A stretch of DNA of 32,000 nt from Nitrosococcus oceani ATCC 19707 (GCF_000012805.1 NC_007484.1:480001-512000); one strand, 5' to 3'; positions 7,525 to 16,606 are shown, numbered from the stretch's first letter. Numbers and translations are program-made. Notes: generated by a model not told the origin, from the sequence alone.

Positions 7525-7600
7525 GAAGACATCTCTAGCTAAAGAGTGAAGATAGAGAGCCCTGGTGGGAATTCGTTGGCGCTGTTTGCAACTGTTTTAA

Positions 7601-7858
7601 TGGGGGGTTGTGCATGCCTATTGGTAGATGAGCAACTATTATCATTGGGTAATGGAAAAAGTTGACGGAACCTTATCGCAGGAGATATGGCAGGTGAAGA
7701 ACGTCTATACGCAGCGCTTTAATCATTAGGAAAATTATTTGCTGGGACTGGCGAGATAAGAACTCTTGAGTCTGCAGTGAGCCGGTATGGTTGGAAAACC
7801 GGAAGATTGGTTTTGGAGCAGTGACCAGCTGATGCTCGGAGAAATGGATGTGCTGTAG
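7601..7858 (+). pseudogene. Decayed REP-associated/IS200-like Y1 transposase-family gene
   Basis: A single frame reads WGVVHAYW*MSNYYHWVMEKVDGTLSQEIWQVKNVYTQRFNH*ENYLLGLAR*ELLSLQ*AGMVGKPEDWFWSSDQLMLGEMDVL*. The family pattern is ..HAYCLMSNHYHLLLE....LS..MR.LNG.YTQRFNRRH.R.GHLFQGRYK..LV..D.YLL.L.RYI.LNPVRAGMV..PEDWPWSS. There are four in-frame stops (7625, 7727, 7757, 7778) before the terminal one, and the GHLFQGRYK block is deleted. Confidence 0.55.
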
Positions 7859-8166
7859 TGGCTGGATATGGATTAGCTATTGGTCGTTTCAGTAGGCAGC
7901 GGAAAAGGGCGATTGAGTCTTACTGTCGATATAATCGTGGGCCAAGTTGCTCACGTTTTGCTATGAATTCGCGCTATGGTTTTCTCGCTCCCGGAGCCTA
8001 GGGTGGGGAGCACCCGAAGTCAAAGCGCATGGAGCGGTCAAGAACCCAAGACCAAAGTCGTTCCTTCGTCGAGGACTGCCGGGAAACACGAATTCTCCAG
8101 GCCGAGTTTTGTGGAAACAAAATTGAAATCAGCCATGACGAAACTCCAAGGTTGTGTTCCGTGGAA

Positions 8167-8192
8167 GCCGGAGGCGGTTACCCACCTCCGGC
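8167..8192 (-). terminator. Hairpin downstream of the 8237..9145 membrane-protein gene
   Basis: GCCGGAGG (8167-8174) pairs with CCTCCGGC (8185-8192), giving an 8-bp GC-rich stem and a 10-nt loop. It lies about 45 nt after the stop. There is no clear U-tract, so confidence is low. Confidence 0.3.
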
Positions 8193-8236
8193 GGCTTGGT
8201 GAGAGATTCAGTGATACCAAAATTCGGTTGTTCACG

Positions 8237-9145
8237 TTACGCTTTGGTAGGCGGAGGGGGGGGATTGCCGCGAAGATTAATCAAGCCATCCACGACTCCG
8301 ACCAGGGCCAGCCCAATGATAAAATGAGGGGGCAGCAGGAAAAGTCCCAGGTAGATAGGCAACAGCCACCATTGGGATAAGTTGCGAGCAGCCGTCATGC
8401 TATGCATGGCGGCTAATCCCTGGAACAAATACATCATGACCGCTACGATAAACAGATCGGTCAATATGTGGCCTCTCTCGCCGAGAGCTCCCGTAAGCAC
8501 CGGAGCAGAGAGAAGCACGGTGAGATAGGTGAGGATGCGGGGCAACCGTAACTCGTAGAACTCTTTTGCAAAGCCTCCAGGATTGTAGAGAAGGGATTGC
8601 CACCAGCGGGCCAGCAGAATGGTCAACATAAGATTAAGCCCAAAAATCATGGCCACCAGGCCGTTCATCAAGGTGAGCGCCCCTTCTTGAGCGATTTCCT
8701 CAACCGTGACGCCCTCGATATTTGCCCGGGTCATGGCCTGTTCAATCCATTGTTGCCACCAGGCGGTGACATCGCCCGTTAGCGCGTGCATGCTCACAAC
8801 AAACAGGGCGGAGAAGCCTCCAACCATTAACAGGGTGGAGGCTTGGGATTGCGTGATCCGCAAGATCCAACACCCTAGGGTATTGGGGAGCCATAATCCC
8901 AGCAGCAGGAGAAGGGATAAGTCTGCCCTTCCTGTGATGGCTAAAAATATCGCCGCCACCACTAATGTCGCCCCCGCGGTAATGCTCAGCCCTTCTTTCA
9001 TGCCGTGGCGCAAGGTCGTTAAGCCGACTGTGGCACCACTAAAGAGAGATAGGGGAGGGAGCGCAACAGCCAGCGCACCGAACAATCCCGCGGTAGCTAT
9101 CGCGTAGAGGCGGCCCCGCATAATAAACCGGGCAAATTCACGCAT
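8237..9145 (-). CDS. Polytopic inner-membrane protein, family not recognised
   Basis: 302 aa, hydrophobic throughout, with roughly 8 predicted helices by eye. AGGGAA lies upstream of the ATG. The C-terminus has a Pro-run (GNPPPPPTKA). Confidence 0.7.
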   Translation of the reverse strand: MREFARFIMRGRLYAIATAGLFGALAVALPPLSLFSGATVGLTTLRHGMKEGLSITAGATLVVAAIFLAITGRADLSLLLLLGLWLPNTLGCWILRITQSQASTLLMVGGFSALFVVSMHALTGDVTAWWQQWIEQAMTRANIEGVTVEEIAQEGALTLMNGLVAMIFGLNLMLTILLARWWQSLLYNPGGFAKEFYELRLPRILTYLTVLLSAPVLTGALGERGHILTDLFIVAVMMYLFQGLAAMHSMTAARNLSQWWLLPIYLGLFLLPPHFIIGLALVGVVDGLINLRGNPPPPPTKA

Positions 9146-9317
9146 GTTTTTATTCCCTATGATGTTTTTAGTCTTTAAAAGAAGCTTGCGTTATTCAGAT
9201 GTTTATTCGCCACCCCAGCAAACGGATGATATAAGATTGGAGTTTCGCCATGACTAGCTGCGGTTCGGTCCCTCCTCACCTGGCTAGTCTGACCCATTCG
9301 CGTTTCCCGGCGGTCCA

Positions 9318-9581
9318 CTATAATACTTCACGGCCAGTCCAGGCAGCCTTGTACGCAACCTGTCGCCGCGGTTCGTACAAGCCACCATCGGCGATGGCTC
9401 TGCTCAGGTGGCGATTGAGACGGATAGCGTTCAACGCCTCCATGCTCTCCCGGCACGCCTTTGTTCGTGCTTTCAGCGCCCAATTCCACACGAACCGGGC
9501 AGGGCCGAATTCAATGGTCCATTGCCGTTTCCGCTGGGGAATTGGGTAAAACCTGAATTTGTGGGCCCATTGCGTTACCAT
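9318..9581 (-). mobile_element. tnpB: Internally deleted TnpB (IS200/IS605 OrfB) relic
   Basis: MVTQWAHKFRFYPIPQRKRQWTIEFGPARFVWNWALKARTKA matches the TnpB N-terminus (AYKFRLYP..EQ...L...FG..RFV.N..L). It is fused directly to LNRHLSRAIADGGLYEPRRQVAYKAAWTGREVL, which matches the late RuvC region (LNRSI.DAGWG.F...L.YKA.W.GRE). It is about 87 aa, whereas I recall roughly 400 aa for intact TnpB. A 7-bp inverted repeat GACTAGC/GCTAGTC lies at 9252-9289 downstream. Confidence 0.6.
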
Positions 9582-9615
9582 ATTCCAATCGTAATACAAC
9601 AGGGCTTCAATAACA

Positions 9616-9768
9616 ATGGCAAGGGAATATTTAAATGTACGGGTTGATCCCGATCTCAAAAAGCAACTGCAAGCATTGGCTAAGAGGGAAAACCGAACCC
9701 TATCAAACTTGGTTGAAACCGTGCTGAGTAACTACGCAAAACGCGAATCCATGGCAAAACGCAAGTAA
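9616..9768 (+). CDS. Small ribbon-helix-helix (CopG/Arc-type) protein, orphan antitoxin-like
   Basis: Too short for the ORF track at 50 aa. My translation is MAREYLNVRVDPDLKKQLQALAKRENRTLSNLVETVLSNYAKRESMAKRK*. It has the typical RHH strand-helix-helix pattern. The Shine-Dalgarno sequence is weak. Confidence 0.5.
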   Translation: MAREYLNVRVDPDLKKQLQALAKRENRTLSNLVETVLSNYAKRESMAKRK

Positions 9769-9942
9769 TGTGGCCCTCGCCCTCGATGCTTCCCACTACG
9801 CGGCGCACGCTCGCCGAGGAGAGCATTATACGTCCCTGCATTTCTTCAATGAGTTTTTAACCTAGACGACTGTAAGTTTAGGTGATATTGCTAATGGGCA
9901 AGGGTGGACACCTAGAGGATAAGATTTTGGAGGAGCTTTCCG

Positions 9943-10914
9943 TTGATTTCAGAGAATGTTGGCCATGGACTTGAAATAACCACCCCTAACAGCTCCCAAT
10001 CCCCCCCGTGTATAGGGATTGCCTTGGGGGGTGGTGCCGCCCGCGGCTGGGCCCATATTGGCGTACTCCGTGCTTTGGCGGAAAAGGGCATTGTTCCCGA
10101 TGTCGTGGCGGGTTCCTCCATCGGGGCGTTGGTGGGGGCGGCTTATGGAGCCGGAACTCTGGATAACTTGGAACGATGGGTCCGTTCGCTAACATGGAGA
10201 GACACCGTTGGCTTCTTTGATATTCGGCTTCGTGGCGGGCTTATCGAGGGTAAAAAACTCTTTAAATTTTTGGCCCGGTATTTTCCCTATGAGGAAATTC
10301 AAGACTTGCCCATGCCTTTTGCAGCCGTGGCGACTAATCTGGAAAATGGCCGGGAAGTTTGGCTGCAACAAGGCTCTTTATTGGAGGCGGTGCGTGCTTC
10401 CGCCGCTTTACCCGGATTGTTGACTCCCGTAAACTGGAACGGTCATTGGTTAGTAGATGGCGGTTTGGTGAATCCAGTGCCGGTAAGCGTCTGCCGTGCT
10501 TTAGGTGCAACGCGAGTCATTGCGGTAGATCTCAATGCCGGTTTATTGGGCCGGCGGGTGGTGGTGCGCTCGGCGGATCAACCTCGCCTCCTGGCCGCGC
10601 CGAACCCCCGGGGCCTGGGCTCTGCCCTAACGCAAGCCTTATGGGCCAGTTTTGGGAGTGAATCCGAAGGGCAAAATGAGAGTCAAGGGATGGATATTCC
10701 TCCTTCCTTGCTTGATATCGTCGCCAATAGTATTAATATCATGCAAGTGCATATTACCCGCAGCCGTTTGGCGGGAGATCCGCCAGATCTATCCATCACG
10801 CCTCGTCTTAACGATCTCGCGCTGTTGGATTTTCACCGGGCGGAGGAAGCTATTGCCGAAGGGCAAGAAGCCGTGGCTCGGGTTCGGGCAGAACTCGCTA
10901 CCTTAATAAGGTAA
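9943..10914 (+). CDS. Patatin-like phospholipase (RssA-type)
   Basis: GIALGGGAARGWAHIGVLRAL (oxyanion GGGxxG), AGSSIGALVGA (GxSxG nucleophile) and LVDGGLVNPVP (catalytic DGG). The start is TTG, preceded by GGAGGAG at 9927-9933. Confidence 0.9.
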   Translation: MISENVGHGLEITTPNSSQSPPCIGIALGGGAARGWAHIGVLRALAEKGIVPDVVAGSSIGALVGAAYGAGTLDNLERWVRSLTWRDTVGFFDIRLRGGLIEGKKLFKFLARYFPYEEIQDLPMPFAAVATNLENGREVWLQQGSLLEAVRASAALPGLLTPVNWNGHWLVDGGLVNPVPVSVCRALGATRVIAVDLNAGLLGRRVVVRSADQPRLLAAPNPRGLGSALTQALWASFGSESEGQNESQGMDIPPSLLDIVANSINIMQVHITRSRLAGDPPDLSITPRLNDLALLDFHRAEEAIAEGQEAVARVRAELATLIR

Positions 10915-10950
10915 CCTCAGCGTTACCTCTCGACCGGGGAAGTCACAGGT

Positions 10951-11496
10951 ATGGGAGATAGTTTGGAGAAGATTCAGCTGCTTTACAGGGAAGCGGACCG
11001 TCTTTATACACAGTCTCAAGTGGAGGCGGCGTTGGATCGGCTCGCCGGGGAGATTACGGCGGAGCTGAGTCGTCATAATCCCTTGTTGTTATGTTGTATG
11101 GTGGGGGGGATGATTCCTTGCGGATGTCTTCTGCCGCGGCTTGATTTTCCGTTGCAGCTGGACTATATCCATGTGACCCGTTACCAGGGGGCTATTAAAG
11201 GTGGGGCATTACATTGGCTACGCAAGCCTAGGGTTTCACTTCGGGATCGAGTGGTACTGGTAGTGGACGATATTCTTGATGAGGGACACACTTTAACCGC
11301 CATCAGGGAATATTGCCAGGGAGAAGGTGCAAAGGTTTATAGTGCCGTGTTAGTGGATAAGCGTCATGGGCGCAAGCAAGGCGCTCCGGCGGATTTCGTG
11401 GGACTTGAAACCGGTGATCGCTACTTATTTGGATATGGTATGGACTATAAGGAATATCTCCGTAACGCGCCTGGAATCTACGCGGTAAAGGGGTGA
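10951..11496 (+). CDS. hpt: Hypoxanthine(-guanine) phosphoribosyltransferase
   Basis: 181 aa. PRPP-binding motif VVLVVDDILDEGHTLTAI and C-terminal GYGMDY..YLRN.PGIY. Confidence 0.9.
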   Translation: MGDSLEKIQLLYREADRLYTQSQVEAALDRLAGEITAELSRHNPLLLCCMVGGMIPCGCLLPRLDFPLQLDYIHVTRYQGAIKGGALHWLRKPRVSLRDRVVLVVDDILDEGHTLTAIREYCQGEGAKVYSAVLVDKRHGRKQGAPADFVGLETGDRYLFGYGMDYKEYLRNAPGIYAVKG

Positions 11497-11509
11497 TAAG
11501 GGTATTGTC

Positions 11510-12250
11510 ATGACAGATCTTGCAATTATCGGCGGCACCGGGTTGGCTACCTTAAAAAATTTAGAGGTTACCTGGCGGCAAGTGGTACATACTCCTTTTG
11601 GGGAGCCTTCCTGTCCACTCACCTATGGTCACCTGTGTGGCAAGGAAGTGGTTTTTTTGCCTCGCCACGGTTCCGGGCATACGATTCCGCCTCACAAGAT
11701 TAATTATCGCGCTAATCTCTGGGCTCTCAAAAAAACAGGTGCCACTCGGGTGATAGCTGTTGCCGCTGTGGGAAGTATTAGCACCGAGCTTGTTGTTAGC
11801 GAACTTGCACTTCCTGATCAGATTATTGATTACACTTGGGGTCGCGGGCATACTTTTTTTGAAGAAGACCTCAGAGGGGTTGTCCATGTTGATTTTACCT
11901 ATCCTTATTGCTCGAAATTGCGGAGCTTGCTGCTCAAGGCCGCAGCGGCGGCTGGGTTAAGCATGGCCGATTGGGTGACTTATGGTGCTACCCAAGGACC
12001 TCGCCTAGAAACGGCGGCGGAAATCGATCGTTTGGAGCGGGATGGCTGCCATGTGGTGGGAATGACTGGCATGCCCGAGGCTGCTCTTGCACGAGAATTA
12101 GAGCTAAGCTACGCCGCGATTGCGGTCATTGCCAACCAGGCAGCCGGTCGCAGTGAGAATCTGATTGAGATGGCGAGTGTCGAACAAAATCTTAATAGAG
12201 GGATGGAGAAAGTCCGCCGGCTACTAGAGCAGCTCATCCCTCTGGCGTGA
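11510..12250 (+). CDS. S-methyl-5'-thioadenosine/thioinosine phosphorylase (PNP family 2)
   Basis: 246 aa: IIGGTG ... FGEPS ... FLPRHGSGHTIPPHKINYRANLWALKKTGATRVIAVAAVGS ... GPRLETAAEI ... VVGMTGMPEAALARELEL.YA. It sits directly after hpt, which I recall as a common purine-salvage arrangement. Confidence 0.9.
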   Translation: MTDLAIIGGTGLATLKNLEVTWRQVVHTPFGEPSCPLTYGHLCGKEVVFLPRHGSGHTIPPHKINYRANLWALKKTGATRVIAVAAVGSISTELVVSELALPDQIIDYTWGRGHTFFEEDLRGVVHVDFTYPYCSKLRSLLLKAAAAAGLSMADWVTYGATQGPRLETAAEIDRLERDGCHVVGMTGMPEAALARELELSYAAIAVIANQAAGRSENLIEMASVEQNLNRGMEKVRRLLEQLIPLA

Positions 12251-12664
12251 TCTTTCTCCAATCGCTTCCCGGGAAATAATAGCACGGAAGCGTTATTGTT
12301 CGAGTATGCATTATTTGATCTATATGCCTGACACGGCTCGCACCTCGGCGTTTATGATGAAAGCGCTGGTGGGATGCCGCTTTTTCTAAGCGCCTTCGAG
12401 AAGGATTTAAAGCGTTAACTTTTATCCTCATCCTATTCGATAGCTGCCTCTTCCCACTCACAGCGCTACTTAACGCCCGTCCAGTGTGTGCTAGAAATTA
12501 TTTTGTGCTTGCCATTTCGCAGGCGAGATTGACCAGCACGACACAGGCCGTATTCTTCTCGATATTTTTTCCGGAATACTTATTTATTAAAGCTGGATTT
12601 CATCTTTAACATGAACTCATAATTTGGGTAAATAATGTTCTAGGACAGACGGAATTCAGAAGCT

Positions 12665-13315
12665 ATGGGAGGGAATATTTTTGTGAATAATAGAGACTAT
12701 TATGGATTATATGGACTTATTTTAGGGGGATTGGTTGACGTCACTATCTTCTTGCAGTCAGCTAGCGCGGATGTTAGAGCGGTGCTTATTAAGGAGGGAG
12801 GATTCGTTGAGTCACTGTCGGCTATCGGCTATTTTGTTGGCGCGATACTCGTTATTCTTATAAGAAGAAAGTTTATTTACTATACTTATGCGGCATTTAT
12901 TTTGATTCTTTTTGGGTTAAGGGAACTGGATTTCCATAATCGCTTTACCACGATGAGTGTGTCTAAAATTAAATTTTATGTGAGTCCTGAGGTGCTCCTA
13001 TTAGAGAAAGTGATTGCTATAGCTATAGTCTTGCTGCTGCTATATATTCTGATTCGCTTAATAAAAACTCATTTTAATGGCTTGATAAATGCCATAAAAA
13101 AAGGAGAACCCTCGGCTTTAGGCGTCGGTGGGGGGATATTGCTGATATTGATAACTAAAACCCTGGATGGTTTATCGAGAAAGCTCGCAAGCGTGAATAT
13201 CATTGTTAGCGATAATATGGCAAAGTTGGTGGAGACCGTAGAAGAAGTTTTTGAATTGGGTATTCCCCTTATGTTTATAATTGCAGCGGCGGCGCGTTTC
13301 CGAACGGCCCGATAG
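12665..13315 (+). CDS. Hypothetical membrane protein in an AT-rich segment
   Basis: 216 aa with several hydrophobic helices and no family recognised. The start codon is uncertain. Composition is visibly more AT-rich than the neighbours. Confidence 0.45.
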   Translation: MGGNIFVNNRDYYGLYGLILGGLVDVTIFLQSASADVRAVLIKEGGFVESLSAIGYFVGAILVILIRRKFIYYTYAAFILILFGLRELDFHNRFTTMSVSKIKFYVSPEVLLLEKVIAIAIVLLLLYILIRLIKTHFNGLINAIKKGEPSALGVGGGILLILITKTLDGLSRKLASVNIIVSDNMAKLVETVEEVFELGIPLMFIIAAAARFRTAR

Positions 13316-13347
13316 AATAGCGGCTACTCTATTTAAAATTTATACCA

Positions 13348-13986
13348 ATGTCTTCCATTCTTTACTATGCCCACGATCCCATGTGTAGCTGGTGTTGGGC
13401 ATTTAGTCCAGTTTGGCAAGAAACCCACGCGGCTCTTGCTGAAAGTATTCCGATCCAATATGTATTGGGGGGGCTGGCACCCGATACGAATCAGCCCATG
13501 CCTTTTGAGCTGCAACGGAAAATCCAAGGGATTTGGAAAACGATAAAAAAACAGGTGCCGGGGACAACGTTTAATTTTGATTTCTGGACCCAATGCCAGC
13601 CACGCCGTTCTACTTATCCAGCTTGCCGTGCGGTGATTGCCGCGACAAAGCAGGAAGCCTCCTGTGGGGAAACCATGATCCTGCTAATCCAGCAAGCCTA
13701 CTATCTTCAGGCGCGTAACCCTTCTGATGATAGTACCCTTATGGAATTGGCCATGGAACTAGGGTTGGACCAGCAACGTTTTATGGCTGATTTAAATTCA
13801 GCGGCCACCCAGGAAGAGTTGTTTCGGCAAATACAATTCACGAGGCGGATCGGCGCCCAGGGATTTCCCAGTTTAATTCTCCATCAGGCAGGGAGATATC
13901 ACCCCCTCCGTTTCAGCTACCAGGATGCTTCCACAACCTTAATACAAATTAAGGAACTATCGGATGCGCAGCAAGCTGGGGGTTAA
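13348..13986 (+). CDS. DsbA-family thioredoxin-fold protein
   Basis: 212 aa with an N-terminal CxxC (YAHDPMCSWCWAF). The overall pattern is that of the DsbA-like predicted disulfide isomerases. Confidence 0.8.
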   Translation: MSSILYYAHDPMCSWCWAFSPVWQETHAALAESIPIQYVLGGLAPDTNQPMPFELQRKIQGIWKTIKKQVPGTTFNFDFWTQCQPRRSTYPACRAVIAATKQEASCGETMILLIQQAYYLQARNPSDDSTLMELAMELGLDQQRFMADLNSAATQEELFRQIQFTRRIGAQGFPSLILHQAGRYHPLRFSYQDASTTLIQIKELSDAQQAGG

Positions 13987-14038
13987 GGTAACCCGCGGCC
14001 TTGCAAAAATTATTGTGCGTTCTTAAAAAGAGATTCAA

Positions 14039-14914
14039 TCATCCCGCCCGCGTACTACCGCCTAGCAGGGTTAATACCTCGCCAGTGACATAACTGGAAT
14101 CCGCTGTTGACGCAAAATAAACATAAGCAGGGGCGATTTCCTCGGGTTGAGCGGGTCGCTGATAGGGAGTTTGAGCGCCAAATTGGCTGACTTCCTCGGC
14201 GGGCCTATCTGCTGGGTTGAGTGGTGTCCAGACCGGACCTGGAGATACGCAGTTGACACGAATCCTGGCCTCTACTAGCTTTTGGGCGAGGGATTTGGTG
14301 AATGCATGGATAGCGCCTTTGGTAGAAGAATAATCCAGCAGCGCGCCGTTGCCCTCAAGGCCAGTAATTGACCCCGTATTAATAATCGCGCTTCCCGATT
14401 TTAAGTGGGGTACCGCCGCTTTTACCATATAAAAATAGCCATAGATATTGGTTTTGAAGGTGTGATCCCATTGCTCTTCCGTAAGTTCGTCTAGTTCCTT
14501 CCGGTGCTGCTGATAGGCGGCATTATTCACTAAAATATTTAGCTGGCCGAATTCCTGGATAGTTTGCTCCACGGCGCTTCGGCAGAAGGCGCTGTCACTC
14601 ACATCACCACAGACCAATAATGCTTTCTGTCCTTCGGCTTCAACTGCCTGCCGGGTTTCTTGGGCATCGGTATTTTCTTCGGCAAGATGGATGATGGTGA
14701 CATTTGCACCTTCCCGGGCAAACAGGACGGCAACCGCCCGTCCAATGCCTGAGTCGCCCCCTGTAATTAAGGCCACTTGCCCTTGTAATTTATTCGCACC
14801 TTTATATAAGGGAGCTGAATAACGGGGCTGGGGCTGTAATTCGGATTCTTGCCCAGGTCTTTCTTGATGCTGTTCTGGAAAAGGAGGTTTTGGCTCCTGG
14901 TTTTCATTTGTCAT
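14039..14914 (-). CDS. SDR-family oxidoreductase (YghA / general-stress-protein-39-like)
   Basis: 291 aa: TGGDSGIGRAVA (TGxxxGxG), NNAA, and YSSTKGA (YxxxK). The polar N-terminal extension is typical of this subgroup. Confidence 0.9.
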   Translation of the reverse strand: MTNENQEPKPPFPEQHQERPGQESELQPQPRYSAPLYKGANKLQGQVALITGGDSGIGRAVAVLFAREGANVTIIHLAEENTDAQETRQAVEAEGQKALLVCGDVSDSAFCRSAVEQTIQEFGQLNILVNNAAYQQHRKELDELTEEQWDHTFKTNIYGYFYMVKAAVPHLKSGSAIINTGSITGLEGNGALLDYSSTKGAIHAFTKSLAQKLVEARIRVNCVSPGPVWTPLNPADRPAEEVSQFGAQTPYQRPAQPEEIAPAYVYFASTADSSYVTGEVLTLLGGSTRAG

Positions 14915-15277
14915 GCAGGTGAATCCTCTGGAAGTAATGGGAGAATAGTTTTGAAGACATAGTGTAATTTCATTACATTTTTCACCTAGTTCAATTTTTT
15001 ATAACAGTAAAAAAATAGCGAAAATATTTATCGATTAATTTAAGTGTAGGTATACGAAAAACATTTGCAAGGCGGCATTTCCCTTAAAATAATGAGAGAT
15101 GTACGAAACCTGGAATAGGAGATGTCCTTAAAATCCTCTCTTACTGACGACAATTAGAAGATAATTTTATTTTTACTTTACGGGGTGAAAATTTCTCCTA
15201 ATAACCTATCTTTATTAAGATAGATGGGGCTGTTCTAATTACCCCCTTATATACACTATCGAAAAGAAGGAGATATC

Positions 15278-15508
15278 ATGCCTTACCAAAGCTTAAGGGA
15301 ATTGCCTGATTCGGTTAAAGATAATCTACCCAAGCATGGACAGGAAATTTATAAAGAAGCCTACAATAATGCTTGGGAACAGTACGCCGATCCGGCTAAG
15401 CGTCGGGGTGACGAATCCCGGGAAGAAGTCTCCCATAAAGTTGCCTGGGCGGCCGTAAAGAATGAGTATGAGAAAAAAGATGATCGCTGGGTGCGCAAAA
15501 ATAAATAA
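15278..15508 (+). CDS. chaB: ChaB-family protein
   Basis: 76 aa: MPYQSLRELPDSVKDNLPKHGQEIYKEAYNNAWEQY ... SHKVAWAAVKNEYEKKDDRWV. AAGGAG lies at 15267-15272. Confidence 0.85.
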   Translation: MPYQSLRELPDSVKDNLPKHGQEIYKEAYNNAWEQYADPAKRRGDESREEVSHKVAWAAVKNEYEKKDDRWVRKNK

Positions 15509-15783
15509 TTAGATGGTTATCTACCTTCCTAGAAACTCCATGCTTACCATCGCTCCTGGATTTGGCTCAGCTATTCTTGTATTTGGATTTTATAGCTATA
15601 AAAACCCATACAGATCTGGAAAAGGGCCTCGGATTGCCGGTGATTAAAACTTGATTGGGTTATCTCCGCAATAAGGACAGGAAAATACTAAATACTTCCT
15701 TTATTATCGCGACTAGCTTCCTGCTTAAAAGCGAATGAAATGTTAATGAGCAATGGCGAGTGGTTATTTTTGCATTAACCCAA

Positions 15784-16167
15784 TTAAGGAGAGTCGATGA
15801 GTCCCGCAAGGAGCAAAATTAATATGAGTAATCCAGCAATAAAGAGAGATAAGGTAATAAGAACAACCGACCAGATAGGCAATCCAGGGAGTCCCTCTTC
15901 CTTTAAAGCGCGGAAAGTCACGTAATAGCCCCAGAAACTAAGGATATGAATAGCCATGCCAATCACAATCAGGATGACGCCGGCGGCATAGACCGCCCAC
16001 TTCGGCTCGGCTTCCGCCAGCAGTTTAATGTCTGCAAAGCCTAGAGCTATCGCCGCGATTCCCGTGCGCATCCAAGCGCTAAACGTTCGCTGCTCCGCGA
16101 GTAAGTTGCGGTGGAATGCTAACTCGGTACGGTCAGTCGCTAATTGTTGTTTACTTTTTTCTGGCAT
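15784..16167 (-). CDS. DUF202 (YidH-family) small membrane protein
   Basis: 127 aa. The signature is DRTELAFHRNLLAEQRTFSAWMRTGIA, followed by three hydrophobic helices. Confidence 0.8.
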   Translation of the reverse strand: MPEKSKQQLATDRTELAFHRNLLAEQRTFSAWMRTGIAAIALGFADIKLLAEAEPKWAVYAAGVILIVIGMAIHILSFWGYYVTFRALKEEGLPGLPIWSVVLITLSLFIAGLLILILLLAGLIDSP

Positions 16168-16225
16168 GCTTGATTGTGGGAAGTAAATCTATTTAAGTTA
16201 ACGGATAAAATTCTACTGCCTTGCC

Positions 16226-16606
16226 TTATTCGCTAGCATAGGCCATAGTTGACAACAACGCCAATTCTGCTTGGCGTGAATCCAGCCGGGTATGCTGCAC
16301 CACAATAGGCACATTAGATTGAATGATACTGGCGTAATCCGTGTCTTTTGGAATAGGCTCCGGATCATTCAGTTCATTGAAACGGACATGGCGGGTACGC
16401 CGAGCGGGGATGGTAAATTGGTAAGGGCCGATGGGTTCCCGATCGCTAAAGTAAACGGTGATAGCTATTTGGGCTTCTTGGTCGGTAGCATTAAGGATGC
16501 ATGCCGTTTCATGGCTGGTCATTTGGGGCGCTGGCCCGGTGCTGCTGGGGGGGATATAGCCTTCGGCGATAGCCCAGCAAGTTTTCCCAATGGGCGTGCT
16601 CATCAA
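16226..16606 (-). CDS. Sensory-rhodopsin-transducer (ASRT) family protein
   Basis: 126 aa: IGKTCWAIAEGYIPP...SHETACILNA.D..A...ITVYFSDREPIGPY.FT.PARRT.HVRFN.LNDPEPIP.DTD.ASIIQSNVPIVVQHTRLDSRQAE.ALLSTMAY. It aligns almost residue for residue with the Anabaena ASRT sequence as I remember it. Confidence 0.8.
   Translation of the reverse strand: MMSTPIGKTCWAIAEGYIPPSSTGPAPQMTSHETACILNATDQEAQIAITVYFSDREPIGPYQFTIPARRTRHVRFNELNDPEPIPKDTDYASIIQSNVPIVVQHTRLDSRQAELALLSTMAYASE

Noticed and set aside
5951-7858. The idea that the two Y1-transposase fragments (5951-6164 minus, 7601-7858 plus) are halves of one gene split by an inversion of the intervening segment.
   Set aside because: Both fragments contain their own copy of the AY..MSNHYH block (AVMSHPYP and HAYW*MSNYYH), so they overlap rather than complement each other. 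They also resemble different subgroups.
7976-8380. ORFs 7976..8380 (+) and 8038..8235 (-) in the gap before the membrane-protein gene.
   Set aside because: They have no recognisable motifs and no RBS. The plus-strand ORF runs antisense into the 8237..9145 gene. I treat 7860-8236 as unexplained, probably decayed DNA.
9250-9659. ORFs 9250..9549 (+) and 9408..9647 (+), and the first 26 codons of 9318..9659 (-).
   Set aside because: The plus-strand ORFs are antisense to the TnpB relic. TnpB homology on the minus strand begins only at the internal ATG at 9581, and the longer version would overlap the RHH gene.
12234-12461. Minus-strand 75-aa ORF downstream of the phosphorylase gene, and a CGCTTCC/GGAAGCG hairpin at 12263-12292.
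   Set aside because: The ORF is basic and low-complexity, with no RBS. The hairpin has a 16-nt loop and only a weak T-tract, so it is not a confident terminator.
13333-13593. Minus-strand 86-aa ORF.
   Set aside because: It lies fully inside, and antisense to, the DsbA-like gene, which has the CxxC motif.
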